From an uncultured virus (IMG/VR IMGVR_UViG_3300025789_000001) (lineage: Duplodnaviria; Heunggongvirae; Uroviricota; Caudoviricetes), in the IMG/VR virus record IMGVR_UViG_3300025789_000001: a DNA stretch of 20,000 nt. One strand, given 5' to 3'. Under the pieces are notes generated by a model that worked only from the letters and a program-made list of their open reading frames with translations, was not told the DNA's origin and ran no database searches. Made by a program: the position numbers and the translations under genes. Within the stretch, counting starts at the first letter, position 1. Each line of letters opens with the position of its first letter. Below, piece after piece: positions 1 through 7,519 of this stretch.

Positions 1-411
1 CAACAGGCAGAACGCCCAAAAGCATGGTCTTTGCCCGAATTGTTACCTGAACCAGACAAGCAAGCAGGTTTTTCTTATCGATGGGTTAGGGTTTCGATGC
101 TAAACAACGCTGACCCCCGTAATCTTTCATCAAAATTGAGAGAAGGCTGGGAACCAGTCAGAGCTGAAGAGCAACCGAAATATGGAATGTTAACCGATCC
201 AGATAGTCGCTATAAGGACAATATCGAGATTGGTGGTTTATTACTCTGCAAGATTCCTGAGGAATTTGTGAAAGCAAGGATGGATTATGAGGCCAACCAA
301 ACCCAATCAAATGCAGAGGCAGTAGATAATAGTTTTATGAGACAAAGTGACACTCGGATGCCTCTCTTCCAAGAGAGAAAATCTACAGTTAGCTTTGGAA
401 AAGGTTCTTAA
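1..411 (+). CDS. Conserved phage head-module protein upstream of decoration/capsid genes (5'-truncated by window edge)
   Basis: Frame 1 is open from base 1 (QQAERPKAWSLPELLPEP...), so the TTG at 31 is probably not the true start. The YRWVR...KLREGWEPV...IEIGGLLLCKIP pattern is one I recognise from genes preceding gpT-like capsid genes in aquatic phages. Confidence 0.75.
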   Translation, partial: QQAERPKAWSLPELLPEPDKQAGFSYRWVRVSMLNNADPRNLSSKLREGWEPVRAEEQPKYGMLTDPDSRYKDNIEIGGLLLCKIPEEFVKARMDYEANQTQSNAEAVDNSFMRQSDTRMPLFQERKSTVSFGKGS

Positions 412-430
412 TTAATTTAGGAGATTTAAT

Positions 431-1300
431 ATGGCTTATCCTACAGTTTCGGCCCCTTACGGCCTAAAGCCAGTTAACCTGATCGGTGGTCGTGTATTTG
501 CGGGTTCTACCCGTATGTTCCCTATCGTGAATGGTTACAGTACTAGCTTGTTCAACGGTGACGTTGTAGCAATCGGTACTGGTGCAAACATTGGTAACTT
601 AGTATCTTCAACATTGGCATACAATGGCTCTTCAGCTGTTGCTGGAACAATCGGTGTATTTGTTGGTGCCGAGTATTCTACAACTGGTGGCCCAATCTAC
701 GGTAAAAACCGCTATCAATTCTGGCAAGCAAGCACTACTGCTCCAGATGCAATCGGTTATGTAGTAGATGATCCTCAAGCTGTGTTCCAAACAGTTGTAT
801 TGGCTAACCCAGCTGGTACAGGCGGTTCAACAACAATTCAGTACATTAACCCAGCTTTCGTTGGTTCTAATGCTTACTATATTGGTGCTGCTGCTGGTAA
901 CACTGGTTCTACAACTACTGGTGATTCCGCTGCTGGTATTGCAGTTTCTGCATCAGCAACTGTTTCAACACCTATTACAACTTCAGCACCATTCCGTATT
1001 GTTGGTTTAGTTCCTGCTTCAGCTGTTACTGTGACCCAAAATGCTACATCTTCTAGCACAACGATCACTTTATCTGCTGCTAACACCGCTATCCAGCCTG
1101 GAATGGCAGTATCTGGCCCTGGCATTACCCAAGGTTCAAATACTTATGTAACCGCTGTATCAGGTACTACTGTAACTATCAACAATGCTGTAACAACAGC
1201 ACAGTCGACAGCTGCACAGTTTTCTTTCACTGGCTACCCAGAAGCATTAGTAACATGGAACTTCGGTTACCATAGCTACTTCAATGCCACTGGTGTTTAA
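431..1300 (+). CDS. Putative capsid decoration/cement protein with inserted beta-rich module
   Basis: 289 aa; strong SD (TAGGAG) upstream; lies immediately before the major capsid gene; Gly/Ala/Thr-rich; APYGLKPV, GVFVG and VVDDP motifs. Function inferred from position. Confidence 0.65.
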   Translation: MAYPTVSAPYGLKPVNLIGGRVFAGSTRMFPIVNGYSTSLFNGDVVAIGTGANIGNLVSSTLAYNGSSAVAGTIGVFVGAEYSTTGGPIYGKNRYQFWQASTTAPDAIGYVVDDPQAVFQTVVLANPAGTGGSTTIQYINPAFVGSNAYYIGAAAGNTGSTTTGDSAAGIAVSASATVSTPITTSAPFRIVGLVPASAVTVTQNATSSSTTITLSAANTAIQPGMAVSGPGITQGSNTYVTAVSGTTVTINNAVTTAQSTAAQFSFTGYPEALVTWNFGYHSYFNATGV

Positions 1301-1315
1301 TTAAGGAGCATTTAA

Positions 1316-2218
1316 ATGGCTATTTCTCGTGCACAACTACTAAAAGAGTTGCTTCCTGGATTAAACGCATTGTTTGGTCTTGAGTATGCTCGTTATGGTG
1401 AAGAACACAAAGAGATCTATGAAATCGAGACCTCTGAGCGTTCTTTTGAAGAAGAAACAAAACTGTCAGGCTTCTCAGCTGCTCCAGTCAAAAACGAAGG
1501 CCAAGCCATCGCTTATGACAACGGACAAGAAGCTTGGACAGCTCGTTACAACCACGAAACTATCGCTTTGGGCTTCAGCTTGACTGAAGAGGCAATCGAA
1601 GATAACTTGTATGACTCGTTATCTGGTCGCTATACCAAGGCTTTGGCTCGTGCTATGGCTTACACCAAGCAAGTTAAAGGTGCTGCTGTATTGAATAACG
1701 GCTTTAATAGCTCTTTCACCTATGGTGATGGACAGCCTTTGTTCTCAACAGCTCATCCATTGATTTCTGGTGGAACCAACGCAAACACCCCATCTACTCC
1801 TGCTGACTTGAACGAAACCGCATTGGAAAATGCTGTTATTCAAATCGCTGCTTGGACTGATGAGCGTGGTCTGTTGATCGCTGCAAAACCTAAGAAATTG
1901 ATTGTTCCACCTGCACTCCAGTTCGTTGCTACTCGTTTGTTAGAGACAGAACTCCGTGTTGGTACAAACAACAATGACATCAACGCAATTAAGAACAACG
2001 GTTCTGTTCCAGAAGGTTACACAATTAACCACTTCTTGACCGCAACCAACGCATGGTTCTTGACCACTGATGTTCCAAACGGTTTGAAGATGTTTGTTCG
2101 TACCCCATTGCAAAACAGCATGGACGGTGACTTCGATACTGGTAACGTGAGATACAAATCTCGTGAGCGTTACAGCTTCGGTGTTTCTGACCCATTGGGC
2201 GTATACGGTTCATACTAA
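1316..2218 (+). CDS. Major capsid protein (HK97 fold, Mu gpT-like family)
   Basis: 300 aa; SD TAAGGAG; N-terminus MAISRAQLLKELLPGLNALFGLEY and C-terminal GDFDTGNVRYKSRERYSFG are characteristic of this capsid family; followed by a terminator. Confidence 0.9.
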   Translation: MAISRAQLLKELLPGLNALFGLEYARYGEEHKEIYEIETSERSFEEETKLSGFSAAPVKNEGQAIAYDNGQEAWTARYNHETIALGFSLTEEAIEDNLYDSLSGRYTKALARAMAYTKQVKGAAVLNNGFNSSFTYGDGQPLFSTAHPLISGGTNANTPSTPADLNETALENAVIQIAAWTDERGLLIAAKPKKLIVPPALQFVATRLLETELRVGTNNNDINAIKNNGSVPEGYTINHFLTATNAWFLTTDVPNGLKMFVRTPLQNSMDGDFDTGNVRYKSRERYSFGVSDPLGVYGSY

Positions 2219-2241
2219 AATACTCTCGTGAGGAGTTTTGG

Positions 2242-2269
2242 CCCCGCCTTAAAAAAGCGGGGTTTTTTT
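2242..2269 (+). terminator. Rho-independent terminator after major capsid gene
   Basis: CCCCGC (2242-2247) pairs with GCGGGG (2257-2262), followed by a T7 tract, 23 nt after the capsid stop. Confidence 0.85.
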
Positions 2270-2280
2270 ATTTAAAAGCG

Positions 2281-2308
2281 TTGTTAATATTTAAAAATGT
2301 AGTAAAAT
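2281..2308 (+). promoter_or_regulatory. Putative sigma70-type promoter
   Basis: TTGTTA (2281-2286), 16-bp AT-rich spacer, TAAAAT (2303-2308). It lies right after a terminator, and the predicted start (~2315) coincides with the 5' end of the structured element. Confidence 0.5.
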
Positions 2309-2315
2309 CATCATA

Positions 2316-2391
2316 TCTGGGTATTTCGCTTATGCCACCACTGCCCCAGCAGACGATGCAAAGATCGGCATAAGTACTTTTGCATAAGGAG
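2316..2391 (+). ncRNA. Structured, doubly pseudoknotted RNA element; candidate Mu-gpT-DE-like motif
   Basis: Pairings visible by eye: GCTTATGCC 2328-2336 with GGCATAAGT 2367-2375; CTGC 2341-2344 with GCAG 2349-2352, whose loop CCCA is complementary to TGGG 2318-2321; ATGCAAAG 2356-2363 with TTTTGCAT 2378-2385. The position downstream of a gpT-like gene matches my recollection of the Mu-gpT-DE motif; not verified by a covariance model. Confidence 0.65.
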
Positions 2392-2397
2392 TCCATT

Positions 2398-3111
2398 ATG
2401 GGACGTAGTACATTTGAAGGTCCAATTCTCTCTGGTGATAACCGTTTCGGTCCAGTTCGTGACGTTGGTTACGCAGATTTAATTCAATCAGCTTTACTAG
2501 ATTTTTCAGTAACAACAGCTAATACTGCTAACTACGGTGGCGGTTCTAGAGTTTTTGTTGCTTCAAACAATATTCCTAATAGTGCTGCAACTATCTACAC
2601 GCCACAAAATGGTGTTTATAGCACTAACGGACCTACAGCTGCTACAGCTCCAACAGCTGATGCAACAACTACCGTGTACCGTGGCGTAGTATTTTATTTG
2701 CCATACGGTTCTAATATTACTGACGTTATTCTTGATATTGGCACAATTCCAAAAGATACTGCTGGTACTCCTTTGGCAGTAACAGCTATTCAACCATACG
2801 TTTCTAACAACTTTGCAACTTCTACTGGTGTTTATGGCACATTTGCTAACATCTCTAGTCCAGCTACACAGCGTTACACAGCAACTTATGTTGGTACACA
2901 ATTGCCAAATGCAAGCTCTACATTACAAGATTTCCAAAATTTACAACCTGGTACACAACCTACATGGTTCTCACAAGTGGTTGTAACTTTGGCAATGACT
3001 ACATCAACTGCTGGTTTATCTTCTGGTCAGATTGAAGTATCGTTACGTTATAACCAGCTTGATCTGAACATTGGTAACAGTACAACTTATCCATATGGTA
3101 ACTTTGATTAA
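2398..3111 (+). CDS. Putative virion (minor head/decoration) protein
   Basis: Start reassigned from 2380 to ATG 2398 because AAGGAG lies at 2386-2391. 237 aa; MGRSTFEGP resembles the MxxTTFSGP N-terminus of post-capsid genes in related phages; beta-rich, Thr-rich. Confidence 0.65.
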   Translation: MGRSTFEGPILSGDNRFGPVRDVGYADLIQSALLDFSVTTANTANYGGGSRVFVASNNIPNSAATIYTPQNGVYSTNGPTAATAPTADATTTVYRGVVFYLPYGSNITDVILDIGTIPKDTAGTPLAVTAIQPYVSNNFATSTGVYGTFANISSPATQRYTATYVGTQLPNASSTLQDFQNLQPGTQPTWFSQVVVTLAMTTSTAGLSSGQIEVSLRYNQLDLNIGNSTTYPYGNFD

Positions 3112-3121
3112 TAGTCTGATT

Positions 3122-3143
3122 GGGGTCTTCGGACCCCTTTTTT
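3122..3143 (+). terminator. Rho-independent terminator with cUUCGg tetraloop
   Basis: GGGGTC-TTCG-GACCCC followed by T6. Confidence 0.9.
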
Positions 3144-3163
3144 AAAAAATCTAAGGAGCTAAT

Positions 3164-5731
3164 ATGGCGTGGGACTTACTAAATTTCTTTGCACCCCTAA
3201 ATCAACAGGGTGGCAATGCACAAACTGGTGCTATGGGAACTCAAACTGCGAGTACCCCTTGGACTGGTATTGATGGTGCAGCTCAATTTGTAGCACCGCA
3301 ACGTCTGCGTGACGTTGTAGGTAAGCTCAAAGTTTCACAATCGCAAAACATTTATGATGCCGACTTTGAGTATGGTGTTCAGCCTTTGCGTTGGGAACAA
3401 TTCATTAATAACGTCTCTGGACAAGCCTATATTGTTCAAAACCCAGGTTTAGGTGGCGTTTCAATGAACATTGGTGGAGGCAACACTCCAGGTGACATTA
3501 CTATTCGTCAATCACGCCCATATCACCGTTATCAGCCAGGTAAAACCATGTACATGGCTTCTAACGTCAACTTTGGTGCCTCTGTATCTGGTCAGACCCA
3601 GCGTGTTGGTATTTTTGATGATTCCAATGGAATTTTCTTTATGCAAACTGGTCCGTCTGGTGGATCATTAAACCCTTATGCAATGAACGTAGTTATTCGT
3701 TCTGATGCTGGTGGATTGCCAACAGATCAAGTTATTCCAATGGATCAATGGAATGGTAATAAAAATATTATCAATGCAATTGACTGGACTAAAGTTCAGA
3801 TGATTTGGATGGAATACGCTTGGTATGGTGCTGGTGCACTTCGTTGGGGTGTAACAATCAATGGCGAGCCTTGGGTTCTGCATCAAATCGGTATAGCTAA
3901 CGCTGTAGTTAATGGCGTTAAACAAGTTCAACCTTGGAGCCGTACTGGTAACTTGCCTGTTCGTTATGAACAGCGTGATAACGGCAGTTCTGCTGCATCT
4001 TTAATGACACACTATGGTGTTTCAGTATTGATTGAAGGTGGTATTGATAAACAACGTGGATTTACCTATTCATATGGTAATGATGCTAAAACTCAAAACC
4101 GTACTGTTCCTGCATCCGCAGTTCGTTATCCAGCTTTATCATTCCGCATGAGAGCTGTTGGTACAGATATTTTTGATCAAACTAACGCAGCAGCAACTGG
4201 CGGTAGCCCAACTACTTTGTCTATTAGTGCAGCAACTCCAGCTATTAGTTCTGTTGTTGGTCAGCCTAATGGCGGTCAATCTTTGGTTACTTTTGCTTCA
4301 GCACACGGTTATACAGTAACTAACCCAGCTAATGCAAACAGTGCTGCTCAATACATCACTTTAAGTTCATTTACTGAAACAGCTACTATTGCTTCTGGTA
4401 ACTATGCGTTTTCTGGCACTACAAGCCCTATCGTAACTGTTACTACAGCAGTTGCTACTGGTGCATTGCAACCTGGCATGACATTATCTGGCACAGGTAT
4501 TGTTGGTACACCTACAATTGTTGCTCAGTTAACTGCTACCAGTTCAGCTGTTGGATCACAAGCTTACGCAAGTGGAGGTGCTGCTGGTTCTAGCGTTGTT
4601 GTATTAGCAGCTGGAACATCATTTGCAGTGGGCCAGTTAATTGCTGGTACAGGTATTGCTCCAAGTACTTATATTCAAGCTGTTAACGGTGCAACAATTA
4701 CTGTAACTAAAGCATTTACAGCCCAAGTATCTGGCACTGTAACTTCTTATGCACCTGGTGGTCTTGGTACTTACTCTATAAGTGCTGCCCAATCTGGTGT
4801 AACAGGTACATTAACAGCTACCACTACTTACGCTGCTCAAACATGGCTCATCCAGTCCGTTCCATCAACAACGACTATGGTTTTGCCAATCCAGTTAGTT
4901 AACGGAGCAACATTGACTTCTACTCCAACAGCAACATATTGGGGTGCAAATCAATGGGTTGGTAAGTCTGTTTACTACTTGGCTAGTTTGCCAGCTATCA
5001 GTACTATCTCAAACCCAGCATTGACTACAGTTGCAGGTGTCAATAACTACTCATCTACTATTACATTTGCCTCAGTGCATAATTTAAAAACAGGTGATGT
5101 AATCGTTATTAGTGGCTCTACACCAGCGTATATGAACGGTCAGTACTCTGTTACTGTAACTTCAACTACAGCTGTGTCAGTAAGCTGGGGTTATTTTGCT
5201 TCTGCTCCTGCAAACTATACATCTGGAGCTAGTGCAGTAAGTCCTTATACAGGTCGTATTACATCCAATACAACCAGCACAATTACATTCCAAGATGTAG
5301 TTACTGGTTTGCCATTGGCTAATGGTCCTGCATCTGGAAACAGCTATCAGATTGGTTTGATTGATCGTGGTCAATTATTGCCAGCTACATTGCTATTGAA
5401 CTCTTCTGCTACTTGTTTGGTTGAGTTGATTTCTAGTACTCCTACTAACCAGCTGTCTTTAAGTCAAGCTAACTTTGTTCCATTAAGTACTTTGGGTTCA
5501 TACAACTCATTTGCTGAACAAGATTTGTCTGCTACGACATTGGCTGGTGGTGAGGTTGTATATGCGTTCTCTACTCCTCCTAACGGCTTGCAACAGCTTG
5601 ATTTGAGTAACTTCTTCCCTGTATTGACAAACATTAAAGGTAACGTAGCTGACATTTTGACAGTTGCTGTGACTTCTTCTGCTGGTGCTACAGTCCAGGT
5701 AAACGTAGTTGCTCAGGAAGCGATGGCTTAA
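3164..5731 (+). CDS. Large multidomain virion protein (YQPGK-type beta-sandwich domain plus multiple inserted beta modules)
   Basis: 855 aa; SD TAAGGAG; N-terminal RYQPGK...RVGIFD...WYGAG..R motif seen in phage structural proteins; Thr/Ser/Ala/Gly-rich central region with repeated modules. Confidence 0.7.
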   Translation: MAWDLLNFFAPLNQQGGNAQTGAMGTQTASTPWTGIDGAAQFVAPQRLRDVVGKLKVSQSQNIYDADFEYGVQPLRWEQFINNVSGQAYIVQNPGLGGVSMNIGGGNTPGDITIRQSRPYHRYQPGKTMYMASNVNFGASVSGQTQRVGIFDDSNGIFFMQTGPSGGSLNPYAMNVVIRSDAGGLPTDQVIPMDQWNGNKNIINAIDWTKVQMIWMEYAWYGAGALRWGVTINGEPWVLHQIGIANAVVNGVKQVQPWSRTGNLPVRYEQRDNGSSAASLMTHYGVSVLIEGGIDKQRGFTYSYGNDAKTQNRTVPASAVRYPALSFRMRAVGTDIFDQTNAAATGGSPTTLSISAATPAISSVVGQPNGGQSLVTFASAHGYTVTNPANANSAAQYITLSSFTETATIASGNYAFSGTTSPIVTVTTAVATGALQPGMTLSGTGIVGTPTIVAQLTATSSAVGSQAYASGGAAGSSVVVLAAGTSFAVGQLIAGTGIAPSTYIQAVNGATITVTKAFTAQVSGTVTSYAPGGLGTYSISAAQSGVTGTLTATTTYAAQTWLIQSVPSTTTMVLPIQLVNGATLTSTPTATYWGANQWVGKSVYYLASLPAISTISNPALTTVAGVNNYSSTITFASVHNLKTGDVIVISGSTPAYMNGQYSVTVTSTTAVSVSWGYFASAPANYTSGASAVSPYTGRITSNTTSTITFQDVVTGLPLANGPASGNSYQIGLIDRGQLLPATLLLNSSATCLVELISSTPTNQLSLSQANFVPLSTLGSYNSFAEQDLSATTLAGGEVVYAFSTPPNGLQQLDLSNFFPVLTNIKGNVADILTVAVTSSAGATVQVNVVAQEAMA

Positions 5732-5732
5732 T

Positions 5733-5978
5733 ATGAAAACTCCTGCTTGGCAACGCAAAGAGGGCAAAAACCCTAAGGGCGGTTTAAATACCAAGGGGAG
5801 AGCTTCTTATAACAAGGAACATGGTGCTCATTTAAAAGCACCACAACCTGAAGGTGGTAGCCGTAAAAAATCTTTCTGTGCTCGCATGGAAGGCATGAAA
5901 AAGAGATTGACCAGTGCGGAAATTGCTAATGATCCAAACAGCCGTATTAACAAATCATTACGCAAATGGAAATGCTAA
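5733..5978 (+). CDS. Small basic conserved phage protein (possibly DUF6321-like)
   Basis: Start reassigned to ATG 5733, just after the upstream TAA. 81 aa, AWQRKEGKNPKGGLN...RKKSFCARM...LRKWKC. Family name is from memory. Confidence 0.65.
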   Translation: MKTPAWQRKEGKNPKGGLNTKGRASYNKEHGAHLKAPQPEGGSRKKSFCARMEGMKKRLTSAEIANDPNSRINKSLRKWKC

Positions 5979-5979
5979 A

Positions 5980-6228
5980 ATGAGCGAGATTGACCCAATT
6001 AAAACTGCTAGAGAACTAGCTACTCATGCAAATGATATACAGCATCTTCAGGCAGATATGGATAAACTGGTTAAAGACATGGAAGAAGTTAAGCAGTCTT
6101 TAGCAGACATTCAAAAGATGCTTGGAGAACAGGCCTCAGCCAAAAAAACTTTACACAATGTTTTAACTCTAGGCGCTGGTTTAGCAGGTGGTATCATAGT
6201 ATGGATTCTTGATAGGTGGTTTAAATAA
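5980..6228 (+). CDS. Coiled-coil protein with C-terminal transmembrane segment (XhlA/holin-like architecture)
   Basis: Start reassigned to ATG 5980. 82 aa with a heptad pattern followed by hydrophobic VLTLGAGLAGGIIVWIL. Confidence 0.6.
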   Translation: MSEIDPIKTARELATHANDIQHLQADMDKLVKDMEEVKQSLADIQKMLGEQASAKKTLHNVLTLGAGLAGGIIVWILDRWFK

Positions 6229-6875
6229 TGCCTAGCAAAAGTAAAAAGCAACACAATTTTATGGAAGCAATCGCCCATAATAAAGCGTTTGCCAAAAAAG
6301 TAGGAGTGCCTCAATCAGTTGGTGAGGATTTTGTAGCAGCCGATAAAGGCAAACATTTTAAAAAAGGTGGAATTAACATGAAAAAACGTAGCGTAAACCC
6401 AGCGATGGCAATGATGGCAGCTCGTGCTATGCCAACCCCTCCAGCTCCAGGGCCAGCTATGGCTCCTGCAGGCGCAATGCCAGGCGGCATGAAGCACGGT
6501 GGTTTGTCAAAAGAACACCATAAACATTTGGCTCATCACCATTTGGCAATGGCTGAACATCATATGAAAGAACATGAAGGACATCACAAAATGAAGAAAA
6601 TGGCTTCTGGTGGTAAAGCAGAATCTATGGGACTACGTTCCATGAAGGAAGATGTTGAGAAGGGTTCTGACAAACACGGTAAATTTGGTGAAGCTAAAGT
6701 TCAAAAGACTGGCCACACTAAAGGTAAAAATCTTGGCGATGCAGGCAAAAAAGAGCCAATTGAATCAGAAAAAAACATGAAGTCATTTATGAAAAAAATG
6801 GCTAAAGGTGGTTCTACTTCTAGCCGTGCAGATGGCGCAGCTATTCGTGGCAAAACAAAAACCAAATATTGTTAA
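6228..6875 (+). CDS. Basic Lys/Met/His-rich low-complexity protein with four hydrophobic-x-x-GG motifs
   Basis: 215 aa; TAATG coupling; contains FKKGG, MKHGG, MASGG, MAKGG, a His-rich block and C-terminal RADGAAIRGKTK. Confidence 0.7.
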   Translation: MPSKSKKQHNFMEAIAHNKAFAKKVGVPQSVGEDFVAADKGKHFKKGGINMKKRSVNPAMAMMAARAMPTPPAPGPAMAPAGAMPGGMKHGGLSKEHHKHLAHHHLAMAEHHMKEHEGHHKMKKMASGGKAESMGLRSMKEDVEKGSDKHGKFGEAKVQKTGHTKGKNLGDAGKKEPIESEKNMKSFMKKMAKGGSTSSRADGAAIRGKTKTKYC

Positions 6876-6888
6876 TTAGGAGAAGTAT

Positions 6889-7083
6889 ATGAAAAACATG
6901 GTTAAAGAGCACATGGAGCCAGAATCAGGCCCAGACATGAAGCGTCATGATGAGTTCATTTCTGAGCATGAAACAGAAACCCATAAGCATCACAAACATC
7001 ATTTCAAGAAACACGCTGAAGGTCACAAGCATCACATGGATCATGTAGAAGCTATGTGCTACGGTGGTAAGGCTCACAAATGA
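6889..7083 (+). CDS. Small His-rich protein
   Basis: 64 aa with 14 His; SD TAGGAG; ends MCYGGKAHK. Confidence 0.7.
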   Translation: MKNMVKEHMEPESGPDMKRHDEFISEHETETHKHHKHHFKKHAEGHKHHMDHVEAMCYGGKAHK

Positions 7084-7340
7084 GAGCCAGTCGTGGTATG
7101 GGTGCGGTAAACCCATCCAAGATGCCGAAAAAGAAGGTTATCGTAAGACAAGATAACCCAGAAGATGTTGATGTGTATGCCAAAGGCGGCCAGGTTTGGG
7201 ATAAACCTCGTCCTAAAGAATTAGGAAAGCCCAAGAAATTATCTTCTGCTAAAAAGTCAAAAGCAAAAGCAATGGCTAAAGCAGCTGGTAGACCTTACCC
7301 AAACCTAGTTGATAACATGAGAGCAGCAAGGAAAAAATAA
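7080..7340 (+). CDS. Small basic protein
   Basis: 86 aa; ATGA overlap; internal YAKGG; C-terminal AGRPYPNLVDN motif. Confidence 0.7.
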   Translation: MRASRGMGAVNPSKMPKKKVIVRQDNPEDVDVYAKGGQVWDKPRPKELGKPKKLSSAKKSKAKAMAKAAGRPYPNLVDNMRAARKK

Positions 7341-7519
7341 TGGCTGAAAAATGGATACAAGGTGCTATTAAGAAAGCGGGAGCTCTTCGTAAAGCACTAG
7401 GCGTTAAGGAAGGTCACACCATTCCTGAAAAAAAACTTGCAGCAGCTGCTAAAAAACCTGGCAAGCTAGGTCAACGTGCTCGTTTGGCTGAAACCTTAAA
7501 AGGTTTTAAGCATAAATAA
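7340..7519 (+). CDS. Small basic protein, 59 aa (absent from ORF track)
   Basis: MAEKWIQGAIKKAGALRKALGVKEGHTIPEKKLAAAAKKPGKLGQRARLAETLKGFKHK. It fills the gap exactly, with TAATG overlaps at both ends. Confidence 0.8.
   Translation: MAEKWIQGAIKKAGALRKALGVKEGHTIPEKKLAAAAKKPGKLGQRARLAETLKGFKHK

Noticed and set aside
408..1315. TTAATTAA palindromes before the decoration and capsid genes as operator sites
   Set aside because: They are adequately explained by a TAA stop followed by an AT-rich spacer and SD.
2190..2240. Programmed frameshift or read-through extension of the major capsid protein; small GTGA-loop hairpin at 2222-2236
   Set aside because: There is no slippery heptamer before the TAA, a terminator follows immediately, and the hairpin is short and imperfect.
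2316..2391. HDV-like/theta ribozyme interpretation of the structured RNA
   Set aside because: The helix order differs from HDV topology (no P1/P1.1/P4 arrangement, and the main stem closes before the last helix), and no adjacent tRNA is present. Catalysis is not excluded, but this class is unsupported.
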